NCBI GenBank assembly: GCA_963675915.1
Contig: OY780959.1
Coordinates: 510,001 to 542,000, forward strand
DNA length: 32,000 nt
Reading direction: 5' to 3'
Source: Coprobacillaceae bacterium
Lineage (GTDB): Bacteria; Bacillota_I; Bacilli_A; Erysipelotrichales; Coprobacillaceae
Shown here in pieces: positions 8,597-19,347 of the stretch; positions within the stretch are counted from its first letter, which is position 1, and each line of letters starts with the position of its first letter. A program made the translations under genes and the position numbers. Below the pieces are notes generated by a model. It did no database searches, was not told the DNA's origin, and saw only the letters and a list, made by a program, of their open reading frames with translations.

Positions 8597-9741
8597 CTTA
8601 ATTAACCATCAAATGCATGTAGGGGAAAAATAAGGTTCGGCAAGGTTTAAGACTGTCACAATTTTTCTTCTCGGCATCGGTGATGATAATTGTAAGTATT
8701 TTCTTACTTTACTCATTGTATTTGTCCCTGTGTATCGGTGGTTAAACCGCCATTCCTGTTCATTTAAGAATAGCGGTAAGTCCCGTTTGGCGACACCATG
8801 ATATATTCCGGTGATATTGTTTTTGATATCGCCAACAATGATGTTTAGCCAATACATGCGATGATCATTTTCATGATAAAGTATCTTTTCCTGATTGAGG
8901 TTGATTTTGTCTTTGATCGAGTTGAAGGTCGTTTTACCATCTGTATTCATTTTGCGTTTTTTCGATAATTTCACGCTTTTGGAAATGAAGTTTTTGACAT
9001 GAAATTTATTGTCCACGGGAATGGGTTGAAGCTTGATATATTTGGGATATTTATTCTCTTTGTCAGTTGATAGAGCCATCAAAAAAGGCTGCTGCTCAGT
9101 GGCACAACCTTGATGATTCTTCTCTTTGCTCTTAGAGCCAATATATACGACGTCAGCTTCATAAAACATACTGTCCAGCATCTTTTCGCTACAGCTCTGA
9201 GCCATCAAAATACGACATTTTTTAGCAAGAAGCAAAGCTGTTTTATAATTTACATCCAGTTCATTGGCCATCTCGATAGCTGACACACCTTTATTGGAAG
9301 TAAAGAAAATGAACATTCCTAAAATCAGTTTGTATAGATCAAGTTTAGTATCCTGGAAAATGGTTCCCGCAAGAAGAAAGTGCTGTTTCTTACATTCTTT
9401 GCATTGATACGCTTTTCTGCTCTCAACGAAGTAGTAATGAGTGCAGCCACACTTTTCACAAACGAAGCCTTCGGGCCACTTGATGGTAAAGAAGAATTTC
9501 ACGCATTGATCATTGTCGTTGCTATATTTTCGAGTAAGTGCAACTAGAGAATCTTTCTTTGGTTTTAGTTGTTTAGACATTGATATCACCTCGGTAATAT
9601 CATATCAAAATGATGTCTAATGGTCTTCAATTATCAAAGATTTAGAAGGAACAAAAACGGTTCCTAAAGTGGAAATAAGTATATTCAGGCCTCTGGTGCT
9701 AATCGTTATGTTGATCGAGATGCATCTGGTGGCTAATTAAG
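8597..9741 (-). mobile_element. IS1595-family insertion sequence (1145 bp)
   Basis: Terminal IRs are CTTAATTAACCATCAA (8597-8612) and the complement of CTGGTGGCTAATTAAG (9726-9741), matching at 13/16. There is a single transposase ORF and a perfect 8-bp TSD. Confidence 0.85.
8609..9580 (-). CDS. IS1595-family transposase (N-terminal zinc-ribbon plus DDE domain)
   Basis: WPEGFVCEKCGC...YQCKECKK zinc ribbon, then a helix-turn-helix-like SAIEMANELDVNYKTALLL. I take the start at ATG 9580, 6 nt after GAGGTG. Confidence 0.88.
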   Translation of the reverse strand: MSKQLKPKKDSLVALTRKYSNDNDQCVKFFFTIKWPEGFVCEKCGCTHYYFVESRKAYQCKECKKQHFLLAGTIFQDTKLDLYKLILGMFIFFTSNKGVSAIEMANELDVNYKTALLLAKKCRILMAQSCSEKMLDSMFYEADVVYIGSKSKEKNHQGCATEQQPFLMALSTDKENKYPKYIKLQPIPVDNKFHVKNFISKSVKLSKKRKMNTDGKTTFNSIKDKINLNQEKILYHENDHRMYWLNIIVGDIKNNITGIYHGVAKRDLPLFLNEQEWRFNHRYTGTNTMSKVRKYLQLSSPMPRRKIVTVLNLAEPYFSPTCI

Positions 9742-9749
9742 TTCTTATG
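9742..9749. repeat. Target-site duplication TTCTTATG (right) of IS1595-family element
   Basis: Identical to 8589-8596. Confidence 0.85.
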
Positions 9750-9973
9750 AGAATTATGTTAGAATATCGGAGTTGCTTAGAAATAACGAAATATTATTTA
9801 GGACTAGAATTATCGATACTGAAGGGGCTGGGCCTTTCGATAACCGTCGCGGCGCCCGCGGTTCTCTGGGAACAAATCAAAAATATTCCAAAGAATACAA
9901 GGTCTATGTAAAAAAGCAAGATTTAGAAGATGCAATAGGGATTATCCGCCAGTTGGTTAGAACTGATATCTGA
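9750..9973 (+). pseudogene. 3' fragment of the small gene split by IS1595 (DUF2007-like small protein)
   Basis: In frame with 8551-8596 after IS removal, giving a restored product of about 89 aa. The pattern of hydrophobic and charged residues resembles small DUF2007-type proteins, but this assignment is tentative. Confidence 0.7.
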
Positions 9974-10043
9974 TTTCAGGTGATTAAAATTGTCCCAAGG
10001 ATGATGCCCATTTTTGGGGACGGAAAAACAAATTAATCTACGG

Positions 10044-10075
10044 GAGTAACTGTCATGTGATGGTTACTTTTTTTG
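10044..10075 (+). terminator. Putative intrinsic terminator
   Basis: AGTAAC (10045-10050) pairs with GTTACT (10063-10068), followed by T7. Confidence 0.45.
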
Positions 10076-10375
10076 TATTATACTTGAGCGCTCAAAAAGT
10101 ATTGATCAAATAATCCGGATACCTCAATTATTCATTACATTCATTAACTCAAATTTGTGATAGAATGGGTTCTAAAAAATTACTCCTACGAATTTTTGAG
10201 TGATAAGGTAATAATTATATTGAACTCAGCTTCGGGAACTGTTTAATTAATATAACACCATAGGTTAATTTTAGTTTCGCAATAGGAGTATAAGGATATC
10301 TTCTATCTTGGATGTAGAATGTAACTGATCCTCACCTGGATAACAATTTGTGAAATAGGTAGATGAATCAAATAA

Positions 10376-10531
10376 ATGCAACAAATGCTTACATATTATG
10401 GTAATCCATTAACTGCTGATGGTATCTTCGGACCTAATACCTTTGCGGCAATAAAAGCATTCCAAAGCAGTCATGGACTTGTAACTGATGGAATTGTAGG
10501 AACTATAACAGAAGGGAAATTCAAATCTTGA
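10376..10531 (+). pseudogene. Orphan peptidoglycan-binding (PG_binding_1) domain fragment, 51 codons
   Basis: The translation MQQMLTYYGNPLTADGIFGPNTFAAIKAFQSSHGLVTDGIVGTIT fits the LxxLGY..DGxFGxxTxxAVxxFQxxxGLxxDGxVG repeat. In-frame stops lie immediately upstream, and there is no catalytic domain. Confidence 0.4.
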
Positions 10532-10694
10532 TTCTAATAAAGTGAATTATCCCAAAAATGACTATGATAAGATTGCCATAGTCATTTTATTTTGGCCTGA
10601 AGCTACTTGGAAATTCAAATGGATAAGCAAATAAATATTTTTTACAATAATGAAAAAAAGTGCTTACCGAGGCTTTTCATAATATAATGATTGA

Positions 10695-12125
<1,431 letters not shown>

Positions 12126-12153
12126 TAATTATCAATTAATATATACGGAAATG

Positions 12154-12180
12154 AAGAACTGGAAATCCAGTTCTTTTTTC
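12154..12180 (+). terminator. Intrinsic terminator
   Basis: GAAGAACTGG / AAAT loop / CCAGTTCTT, followed by a T-run. Confidence 0.75.
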
Positions 12181-12457
12181 TGCTTTTATGATTGAAAGTT
12201 TCCTGAATCCAATCATTAATGGAACAATTGTTGTCACTAAATGAACTTAAAAGTCTAAACATGAACCGACAATTTGATTATTTCCGGACTTTTTTGCCGC
12301 TATTTACGGTTTAGTGGATTATTGAATTCAAGGGTGCTAAGATATTTTCACAAGCCAAACTCAGATAATGGAAATCAGTAAAAGCAATAATTGCTTCATT
12401 GTTTGAATTGGAAAATTATGTTGCTATAATCGGGATAATTCATAAGGAGATGATTAG

Positions 12458-13678
12458 ATGATCAACACAATTACTGATGAAGCCAACAGATGTCTTACAT
12501 GCAAGGTCCCGCAATGCCAAAAGGGGTGCCCGATCAATACCTCGATACCTGAGGTGATTTCACTGCTAAAAAATTGTCGGATTGATGATGCCGGTAAAGT
12601 TCTGTTTGACAATAATCCGCTGTCAATAGTCTGTTCATTGATTTGCAATCACGAAAAACAATGTGAAGGCAACTGTGTACTAGGACGTAAAGGAACCCCT
12701 GTCAATTTTAGCATGATTGAAAACTACATTTCGAACTCATATCTTGATAAGATTTCGATTCCGATGATCCAACCGAATAACCGCAAAGTCGCCATCATCG
12801 GAGCGGGTCCAGCGGGAATTACAATTGCAATAATCCTGGCCCAAAAGGGATATACGGTCACAGTATTCGAGTCGAAAGACAAAATCGGAGGAGTGCTCCA
12901 ATATGGCATCCCGGAGTTTAGATTACCAAAAAAACTATTGGCAAGACTGATGGAGATAATGATTCGAATCGGCGTCAAGATCCGTCCCAACATCATTATC
13001 GGGGAAACATTGACAGTTGATGATCTGCTTGATGACGGCTATCTGAGCGTATTTGCGGGAACCGGTGTCTGGAAGCCAAAGAAATTAGGAATCCCGGGTG
13101 AAAGCTTCGGTCATGTTCATTACGCGATTGACTATTTGTCCAACCCGGACTCATTCCATCTGGGCGAAAACGTGGCAATCATCGGAATGGGTAACTCAGC
13201 CATGGATGTGGCCCGGACTGCCATTCGCAAAGGAGCCAAGGAAGTCACCTTGATTGCCCGAAAGAACAAGGCGGCCGCGAGTTTGAAGGAAGTGACCTAC
13301 ACCAAACTGGATGGTGCCAAATTTGAATATTGCAAGAAGGTTCAGGAAATAACCGATGAAGGAATTGTCCTGGATAAAATTATCACTGATGAAAACGGAG
13401 CCCAACTAGGGCTAGCGGGCAATCCTTATCTGTTCGATGTCGATTCGGTTATCATCGCCGTCAGTCAAGGGCCCAAAGAGCGTCTTGTCATGTCAACCCC
13501 GAAATTGCAGACCAATGAACAGGGTCTTTTGATCACTGACGATTTGGGCAATACTACTCGCCAAGGGGTATTCGCGGCTGGAGATGTGGTATACGGAGCC
13601 AAGACAGTAGTCGAGGCAGTTAGTCAAGCCAAGCAGGTGGCTGAATCGATGCACCAGTACATGGAGTCGAATCACTAG
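12458..13678 (+). CDS. GltD-family NAD(P)H-dependent Fe-S flavoprotein oxidoreductase (glutamate synthase small-subunit-like)
   Basis: 406 aa. N-terminal Cys clusters CLTCKVPQCQKGCP and CNHEKQCEGNC. AIIGAGPAG (FAD) and VAIIGMGNSAMD (NAD(P)) dinucleotide folds. Confidence 0.88.
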   Translation: MINTITDEANRCLTCKVPQCQKGCPINTSIPEVISLLKNCRIDDAGKVLFDNNPLSIVCSLICNHEKQCEGNCVLGRKGTPVNFSMIENYISNSYLDKISIPMIQPNNRKVAIIGAGPAGITIAIILAQKGYTVTVFESKDKIGGVLQYGIPEFRLPKKLLARLMEIMIRIGVKIRPNIIIGETLTVDDLLDDGYLSVFAGTGVWKPKKLGIPGESFGHVHYAIDYLSNPDSFHLGENVAIIGMGNSAMDVARTAIRKGAKEVTLIARKNKAAASLKEVTYTKLDGAKFEYCKKVQEITDEGIVLDKIITDENGAQLGLAGNPYLFDVDSVIIAVSQGPKERLVMSTPKLQTNEQGLLITDDLGNTTRQGVFAAGDVVYGAKTVVEAVSQAKQVAESMHQYMESNH

Positions 13679-14146
13679 ATCTGCTTATGATCCCAGATAG
13701 TCAATGGATATACTTATCTTCTGGTATCGAACCAAATATCCATATTAATTTGTTATATGGATATCCTTAAATTGTTTCAAAACTGAGGATACTTATCAAC
13801 ATGTTCGATTTTTTCTCCCCATATTTAATTTACTTAAAATTATCACCAGTTTTGATATATTGAAGCAATATGATCGTGGAATATCCAGATTATTTTGCTT
13901 TTTTTTATAGGAAGATTACATCAGACCAATCAAATTATACCAGAAAAAATTTTTGTTACATTCTTTGATCTCGTTGAAGTGTATGGCGCATTATGTTACA
14001 ATAAATTCCATTAAAATCAATCTAGGGTACAGTTCATTATTTAACAGAGGGGACTTTTTTGCCCAGCTTCACTGGTATGATTATGATCCTAGACTTTGAG
14101 TTGGCGGTGAGAAAATTAATGATTGGAGTATGAAAAGGCGAGGATT

Positions 14147-14659
14147 ATGAAAAAATTCGGATTGATAATTTTGATTTTAGTACTTATCACCGGTTGTGGG
14201 ACGAGTGTTGATACCAGCGACCCAGAAGTGGTTTTGAATTCGGTCATGGTAGAAAAGTATGATTCGGGTAGAATCATTTATTCTCACAGGGAAGACCCCT
14301 ATTATTTATCGATGATTGAAGATGATAGTACAGTTTTCTTGGTTATTCTAAAAAATAGCAATAATCAATTTGAATATCTTGGAGGAACCGAGTTCGATAA
14401 AACATATGATGATTTTGGGGTGTATCAATTTAAAAATGATCTTGATGAGGTAATTGTATTTGGTTTGAATGAACAGTTCCAATATGAAACTCTTTCACTT
14501 GATTACATTAATATAGCTCAGGAAACTGAGGAAATGTTGCTCACTGATGACATCAGGAGAAAAGAATATGTGCTTGAAATCTATCGTTTTCCAGCTGATT
14601 ACAATCTCGTAAGAACGTCTACAACCGATATAAACGGGGGCAATGCCATTATTTTTTAA
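14147..14659 (+). CDS. Hypothetical lipoprotein
   Basis: MKKFGLIILILVLITGC has a signal peptide and lipobox. I take the start at ATG 14147 rather than TTG 14123. Confidence 0.75.
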   Translation: MKKFGLIILILVLITGCGTSVDTSDPEVVLNSVMVEKYDSGRIIYSHREDPYYLSMIEDDSTVFLVILKNSNNQFEYLGGTEFDKTYDDFGVYQFKNDLDEVIVFGLNEQFQYETLSLDYINIAQETEEMLLTDDIRRKEYVLEIYRFPADYNLVRTSTTDINGGNAIIF

Positions 14660-14726
14660 TCTCAAAGGTTCAATTTACAGTTGAAAGTATCAGTTGGCAT
14701 ATCGCAAACATTAGGGGGAGTGGCAA

Positions 14727-15377
14727 ATGCATATAATTTTAGATCTTAATTTGATTCCTTTTTTAGTAGTATATTTTATGATAATAATTCTTATCACCGC
14801 CGTTGATGTCTACCATAAAATCAAAAAGAGAAACAAATATACTTTATTATACAAATATCTGGTCGGACTTTATTTTTTGATATTAATCAAAGTGACCCTG
14901 CTTGGCACTGAAATTTGCACCGATGAAAAGGTCTTTCAATTTATGGTTTCGCAGGGACTATATCGGCGTTCCTTTGTCCAGTTGATTCCGTTCAAATCAA
15001 TAATTGATGTACTATCATGTCCCGAAACCCTTTCAGTTACTTATATCCAGATTATCGGAAATATCATGTTGATAGCACCGATTGCGCTTATGATGAACTA
15101 TGTATATCAGATAAGTCTGTGTAAGGTAGTGATCTATTGTATGGTGATAATTACCGGAATTGAAACCTTGCAACTGGCAATTGATCTAATCACCAAACTT
15201 CCTAGTCATGTTTTTGATATAGATGATTTCATTCTTAACGGTTCTGGAATCCTGATTGGATTGGGCACCTCCAGTCTGATTAAAAAAAGTAGACGGATTG
15301 ATGTGATTATCCGTCATCTCTGCTTTGAACATGATATCACTGATCAACATCCATCTCTTTTCAAGCCCCATGTTTAA
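14727..15377 (+). CDS. VanZ-like family membrane protein
   Basis: 216 aa and multi-TM. QLIPFKS, NIMLIAP and DIDDFILNGSGILIG resemble conserved VanZ-family motifs. Confidence 0.65.
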   Translation: MHIILDLNLIPFLVVYFMIIILITAVDVYHKIKKRNKYTLLYKYLVGLYFLILIKVTLLGTEICTDEKVFQFMVSQGLYRRSFVQLIPFKSIIDVLSCPETLSVTYIQIIGNIMLIAPIALMMNYVYQISLCKVVIYCMVIITGIETLQLAIDLITKLPSHVFDIDDFILNGSGILIGLGTSSLIKKSRRIDVIIRHLCFEHDITDQHPSLFKPHV

Positions 15378-15698
15378 TGAGGGATTTTGAGCGAGAATCA
15401 TGATGACTCAATAGAAAATTTTCATTAAAGAGTACTGATTATAACCTTGCTGACATTGAAGAATTGCCAAATCAGCTATTTTGGATGTTTATTTGAACTT
15501 TGCCAATACAATATCGATTGAAGAGGAAAATGAACTCTATGACATGTATTTCAATGATGTCAAATTCTCGAAACTGCAAAGATAATTTGCAATCGGGTTA
15601 CCGTTTTAAAATCGTTTTGGGGAACAATATTTTAAAATGTGTTCATTTATGTTATCATTTAAGTAGAAATAGTGAATCATGATAAGGAGACGAGAAAA

Positions 15699-16526
15699 AT
15701 GAACAAACGGATTTTGATGATTGTGCTAGTAGTTTGTCTTGGTGGCCTCGGTTTTGTTATATGGAATTTTGTCAGCGATAATCAAGTTAGCGGAGATTAT
15801 TATAAAGCTGAAGATATAGTTGATGCTCTGGAAGCGGCAGGATTGACCATGGATATCAGCATGGAGGATGATTCGAATGATTATTTCATGGGTGGCATTT
15901 CACCGGTAATTTACAATCTCGAGTCAGATGCCAATAAACTGCTGATCTATGTTTACCCTACATTTGACCAACTTGACGATCCACTTGATTCTCCCGAAAT
16001 CATCCAGGAAAATAGCGGACTGTTATTTCCAATTCAGACTAGAAATGTAATTATTGGAGTCTATCGCCCGATTAATGATTACGAAGTGTTTGATGATGAT
16101 AGTTTGACTTTTGCGGAAATTTCCCAAATTGTCTACGATACTGTATTTGAAGATCTTAATAATGGAAAAACGGTTGTCTATCAGGCATCTAATGAAAGCT
16201 GGACGTGTCAATTCACTTTGAGCTATTATCAAAATACTTTGGATGACGGTGAAGGTGAAGTATATGAAGATAACTATTATGATGCCCAACATGAAATATT
16301 CTATACTGGTGAAAACAAAGAAGAGCTGGGTGATTTCACGGTCGAGTATCATGCAAATCTAAGCAGCAGTTCTTACACGGTTGCCGGAAACACTTTGGAT
16401 GAAGATGGCTATCGTTCTTTAGGCAAGACGGGCGGACAGGAGTATTTCGATTTGTCAGTTCCAATTACTTGTGACTTGTCTTGGGATGGTAACACGGATA
16501 CTCTAGAACTGGTTGCAATCGAGTAA
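15699..16526 (+). CDS. Hypothetical acidic exported / membrane-anchored protein
   Basis: AAGGAGA RBS 8 nt before ATG 15699. N-terminal hydrophobic anchor ILMIVLVVCLGGLGFVIW, and the rest is rich in D, E and Y. Confidence 0.7.
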   Translation: MNKRILMIVLVVCLGGLGFVIWNFVSDNQVSGDYYKAEDIVDALEAAGLTMDISMEDDSNDYFMGGISPVIYNLESDANKLLIYVYPTFDQLDDPLDSPEIIQENSGLLFPIQTRNVIIGVYRPINDYEVFDDDSLTFAEISQIVYDTVFEDLNNGKTVVYQASNESWTCQFTLSYYQNTLDDGEGEVYEDNYYDAQHEIFYTGENKEELGDFTVEYHANLSSSSYTVAGNTLDEDGYRSLGKTGGQEYFDLSVPITCDLSWDGNTDTLELVAIE

Positions 16527-16597
16527 ACATAATCAAATGAAAAAGCTGATTAGACAAGATAGTCAACTTGGCAACAAATCCATTAAAAAATCAGAAG

Positions 16598-16627
16598 CGC
16601 AGTCACCAAGTGGAGACTGCGTTTTTT
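16598..16627 (+). terminator. Intrinsic terminator
   Basis: CGCAGTC (16598-16604) pairs with GACTGCG (16615-16621), followed by T6. Confidence 0.75.
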
Positions 16628-16745
16628 GATTTTTGTCCTTAGATTAATGGGATTCAAGGAAATTGGCAAGGTATTGGAATATATCGAACAGTGCAGTTAG
16701 ATTTACTGGCTCTGAATTTTAGTATCCGGTAATTAGCCGTTTAGT

Positions 16746-16762
16746 CTTAAGAAAATCTTAAG
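16746..16762. repeat. CTTAAG-N5-CTTAAG motif, copy C
   Basis: CTTAAGAAAATCTTAAG, identical to 3483-3499. It lies 32 nt upstream of the extended -10 TGtTATAAT (16792-16800). Confidence 0.8.
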
Positions 16763-16888
16763 TATTATACTGATATGACAAAAGGGTTTTATGTTATAAT
16801 ATTGTCGTTAATTGTATTATAATTCAAAAGGTTATAATTTAAGTTGGCACTGATAGTTTCCAGGGATACTTATCTAGGAGGTACAATA

Positions 16889-17104
16889 ATGGTAAATATT
16901 TTAAAAATTCTCAAATATGGCTTTGTTGTCTTACTGGGAAGTTACATATATTTCAAAGTAATCAATGAAGTTACTTATTACTTGGATTTGAATTCTATTA
17001 GTCAGGATAATGTTTTTCAGCTATTTGCTTTGATGATTTATCTGGCATTGGTGATTCCGTTTCTGTTGATTGTTGCCCATAAATTACATATTAGTTTTGA
17101 CTGA
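16889..17104 (+). CDS. Hypothetical small membrane protein (71 aa)
   Basis: AGGAGG RBS before ATG 16889. Two hydrophobic helices. Confidence 0.6.
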   Translation: MVNILKILKYGFVVLLGSYIYFKVINEVTYYLDLNSISQDNVFQLFALMIYLALVIPFLLIVAHKLHISFD

Positions 17105-17175
17105 GGATATGTATTAGTGGCGGCATCAATTGAAGGAATAAATTGCCTATTCTAAAATTAATGGGGGAGAATTGG

Positions 17176-17724
17176 ATGAAAAGGGTCTATAAATTCAAAA
17201 AGCTGCAATTGGTGATGTTATTAAATTTCATTGTGCTGTGTCTGATTTCTACAATTATATTCAAGAATTCAGTGGCACCGCTAGTAACTGATAAAATTCT
17301 GGAGTCAAGAGATACTACTTTCTTGTATTACATTATGTCTGAGGCAATATCCGATGGTATCAATCCGGCACCGCTATTTTCACAATTTATCTTGATAATC
17401 AAGGCATCGATGATTGTGGCTTTCTTAATGATTTCGATCTACTCGATTATAAGATTGCGAGGTTACAAGAACATCATTGACTGGATTTATATGATTATTA
17501 GTGGTTTTGTTGTGGCTATTCACTTTGTGAGCTTTGAAAGTGGATCCAAGGTGGCAATCTTGATTAGAAAATTATACGTGTCTTATTACTTGGGCGTCAC
17601 TGATTTTCCAATGATTATTTACTATGCAGTTATCCTGCAACTTGTTGTGATAATGATTGGGCTGTTGCTGTTTGAACTAAAATTGATCAAGAGCCGTAAT
17701 GTCATGATTGATCAAAGCATTTGA
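17176..17724 (+). CDS. Hypothetical multi-pass membrane protein
   Basis: GGGGGAG RBS 6 nt before ATG 17176. About five hydrophobic segments. Confidence 0.65.
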   Translation: MKRVYKFKKLQLVMLLNFIVLCLISTIIFKNSVAPLVTDKILESRDTTFLYYIMSEAISDGINPAPLFSQFILIIKASMIVAFLMISIYSIIRLRGYKNIIDWIYMIISGFVVAIHFVSFESGSKVAILIRKLYVSYYLGVTDFPMIIYYAVILQLVVIMIGLLLFELKLIKSRNVMIDQSI

Positions 17725-17829
17725 AATTGACAATGTCAATCAATGTTTATTCAGTAACGGATCCTAATTGGACTGGTATTAATTATTTAGAAAATTATTT
17801 TTAATAATCTATTGAAAGGTGTGATGATT

Positions 17830-17979
17830 ATGACTGATTTGATTCCTTATAGCATTGATTCCTTAACAGGAGTCTTGATTAAAACCAATATGATATTGAC
17901 GCTTATTTTGGTTTCCATATTGGCTATTGCAGCTGTCACTTTGTATCTTTATCTGGATTCAAAGAAAGAAAAGGATTAA
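17830..17979 (+). CDS. Hypothetical single-TM micro-protein (49 aa)
   Basis: This ORF is below the ORF-track length cutoff. AAAGGTG RBS 8 nt before ATG 17830. One TM helix (ILTLILVSILAIAAVTLYLYL) and a charged tail, SKKEKD. Confidence 0.4.
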   Translation: MTDLIPYSIDSLTGVLIKTNMILTLILVSILAIAAVTLYLYLDSKKEKD

Positions 17980-17999
17980 TCAGTAACGGGGGTGAATGA

Positions 18000-18326
18000 A
18001 TGGAAATATTTGGACTGATAGCTTTTGTGCTTAGCATTTTTAATATCGGACTCAAGAATCGGGTTACCAAGTTAAAAAAGGATATCACCAGAATTAAGAA
18101 GACATTGAAAGGAAATAATCTAATGGCTGAAATGTTGAAAGAACTTGAAGGGAAACATTGCAAAATCACATTATCAGAATCTTTGTCCGGTACGCTTGAA
18201 TGTGATGTGATCACGGTGGAAAACGAATGGATGAAGTTAAGTCAAATCGTAAAAAAGAAGCAAAGCGTAGTTAAGATAATTAGAGTAGATGATATAAGTG
18301 CAATTGAGATAATTGCGAATAATTGA
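18000..18326 (+). CDS. Hypothetical protein with N-terminal TM helix
   Basis: 108 aa with a GGGGGTG RBS. TM helix, then a Lys-rich helix and a C-terminal globular part. Confidence 0.6.
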   Translation: MEIFGLIAFVLSIFNIGLKNRVTKLKKDITRIKKTLKGNNLMAEMLKELEGKHCKITLSESLSGTLECDVITVENEWMKLSQIVKKKQSVVKIIRVDDISAIEIIANN

Positions 18327-18377
18327 TATCGTTGTTCGTTTTGATTTGAATTTAAATTACAAAGAACAGGGGCAATT

Positions 18378-18632
18378 ATGGAACGAGGAAATAGAGTAAT
18401 TTACATTGGTATCAGTTTGATTGGATTGTTGTTTGCTGCCGGTTATTATTTTGGCCTGATAGCTGATAATATTGCATTCCCAATTATATTTTTTACGTTG
18501 GGATTTTCACAGCTTTACAACGGTATTTTTGTGATATCAAAAGATCATACCTTTGCCCGAAGAATATTTATTTTCTTTGGGGGATTACTAATGATTTTTT
18601 GGTTGATCGTCACTTCGAGGTATTATTTATAA
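18378..18632 (+). CDS. Small 3-TM membrane protein, paralogue 1
   Basis: 84 aa. Aligns without gaps to the next ORF, sharing IG..GLLFA.GY.F.LI...FAFP...F.LG...LYNGIF.ISK. Confidence 0.7.
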   Translation: MERGNRVIYIGISLIGLLFAAGYYFGLIADNIAFPIIFFTLGFSQLYNGIFVISKDHTFARRIFIFFGGLLMIFWLIVTSRYYL

Positions 18633-18759
18633 GCTTTTATGTCAGTAAAAAAATAAATCATGCAAAATCAAAATATCAAGAAGTGGTGATATCAGGGTAG
18701 ACAATGGACTTGCTGATTAATGATATTGGATGTGGTAAAAACAAGTTTTAGGAGGGTAT

Positions 18760-19011
18760 ATGAAACAGAGAAGTCGAATTTTTTTTATTGGATTCGGGAT
18801 GATTGGGGTGTTGTTTGCAGTAGGTTATAATTTTAATCTGATCACACAGCAGTTCGCATTTCCAGTCGTTTTATTTTCATTAGGTATTTTTGGGTTATAT
18901 AATGGAATTTTTTTGATTTCAAAACACCGCCTAATTGAAAAAATTATCTCCATATTATCGGGAGGCGTTTTATTTTTTATGTGGTTGATGCTTTACAGTG
19001 GGTTGATTTAG
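18760..19011 (+). CDS. Small 3-TM membrane protein, paralogue 2
   Basis: 83 aa with an AGGAGGG RBS. Paralogue of 18378-18632. Confidence 0.7.
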   Translation: MKQRSRIFFIGFGMIGVLFAVGYNFNLITQQFAFPVVLFSLGIFGLYNGIFLISKHRLIEKIISILSGGVLFFMWLMLYSGLI

Positions 19012-19347
19012 AATCATCATTTTGGTCAAATAAGGTTTATCTAGCTTGGATGGGTGTTGAGTATGGGTCAAGAGATAGATTATTGATGCAGTTCTCGTAA
19101 GAGGATTGTTTTTTTGACTTAAATCTATTTCAAGGATAACCATCTAATTGGAATCGTTGGAGCAATCATTATGTCCAAATAGAAATTCTTTGGATAATTT
19201 TAAGAAAGCAGAGTTGTTTTACTAGTGTGTCATATGCTAAAATGTAGGTATAATATGTATCTTAATTCGCTAAGTGTTTATAATTAGACGCATGCAATAG
19301 GGATATAGTATTCTAAAATACAATATTGAACATATAGAGGTGATTAC

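Noticed and set aside
10083-10094. Perfect palindrome TTGAGCGCTCAA, considered as a CcpA cre site
   Set aside because: Its half-sites are one base shorter than the cre consensus TGWNANCGNTNWCA. It also lies more than 600 bp from the nearest sugar-utilisation gene start.
15500-15682. 60-aa ORF upstream of the acidic exported protein gene
   Set aside because: It has a TTG start, no RBS and no hydrophobic or conserved pattern. It overlaps the RBS of the following well-supported gene.
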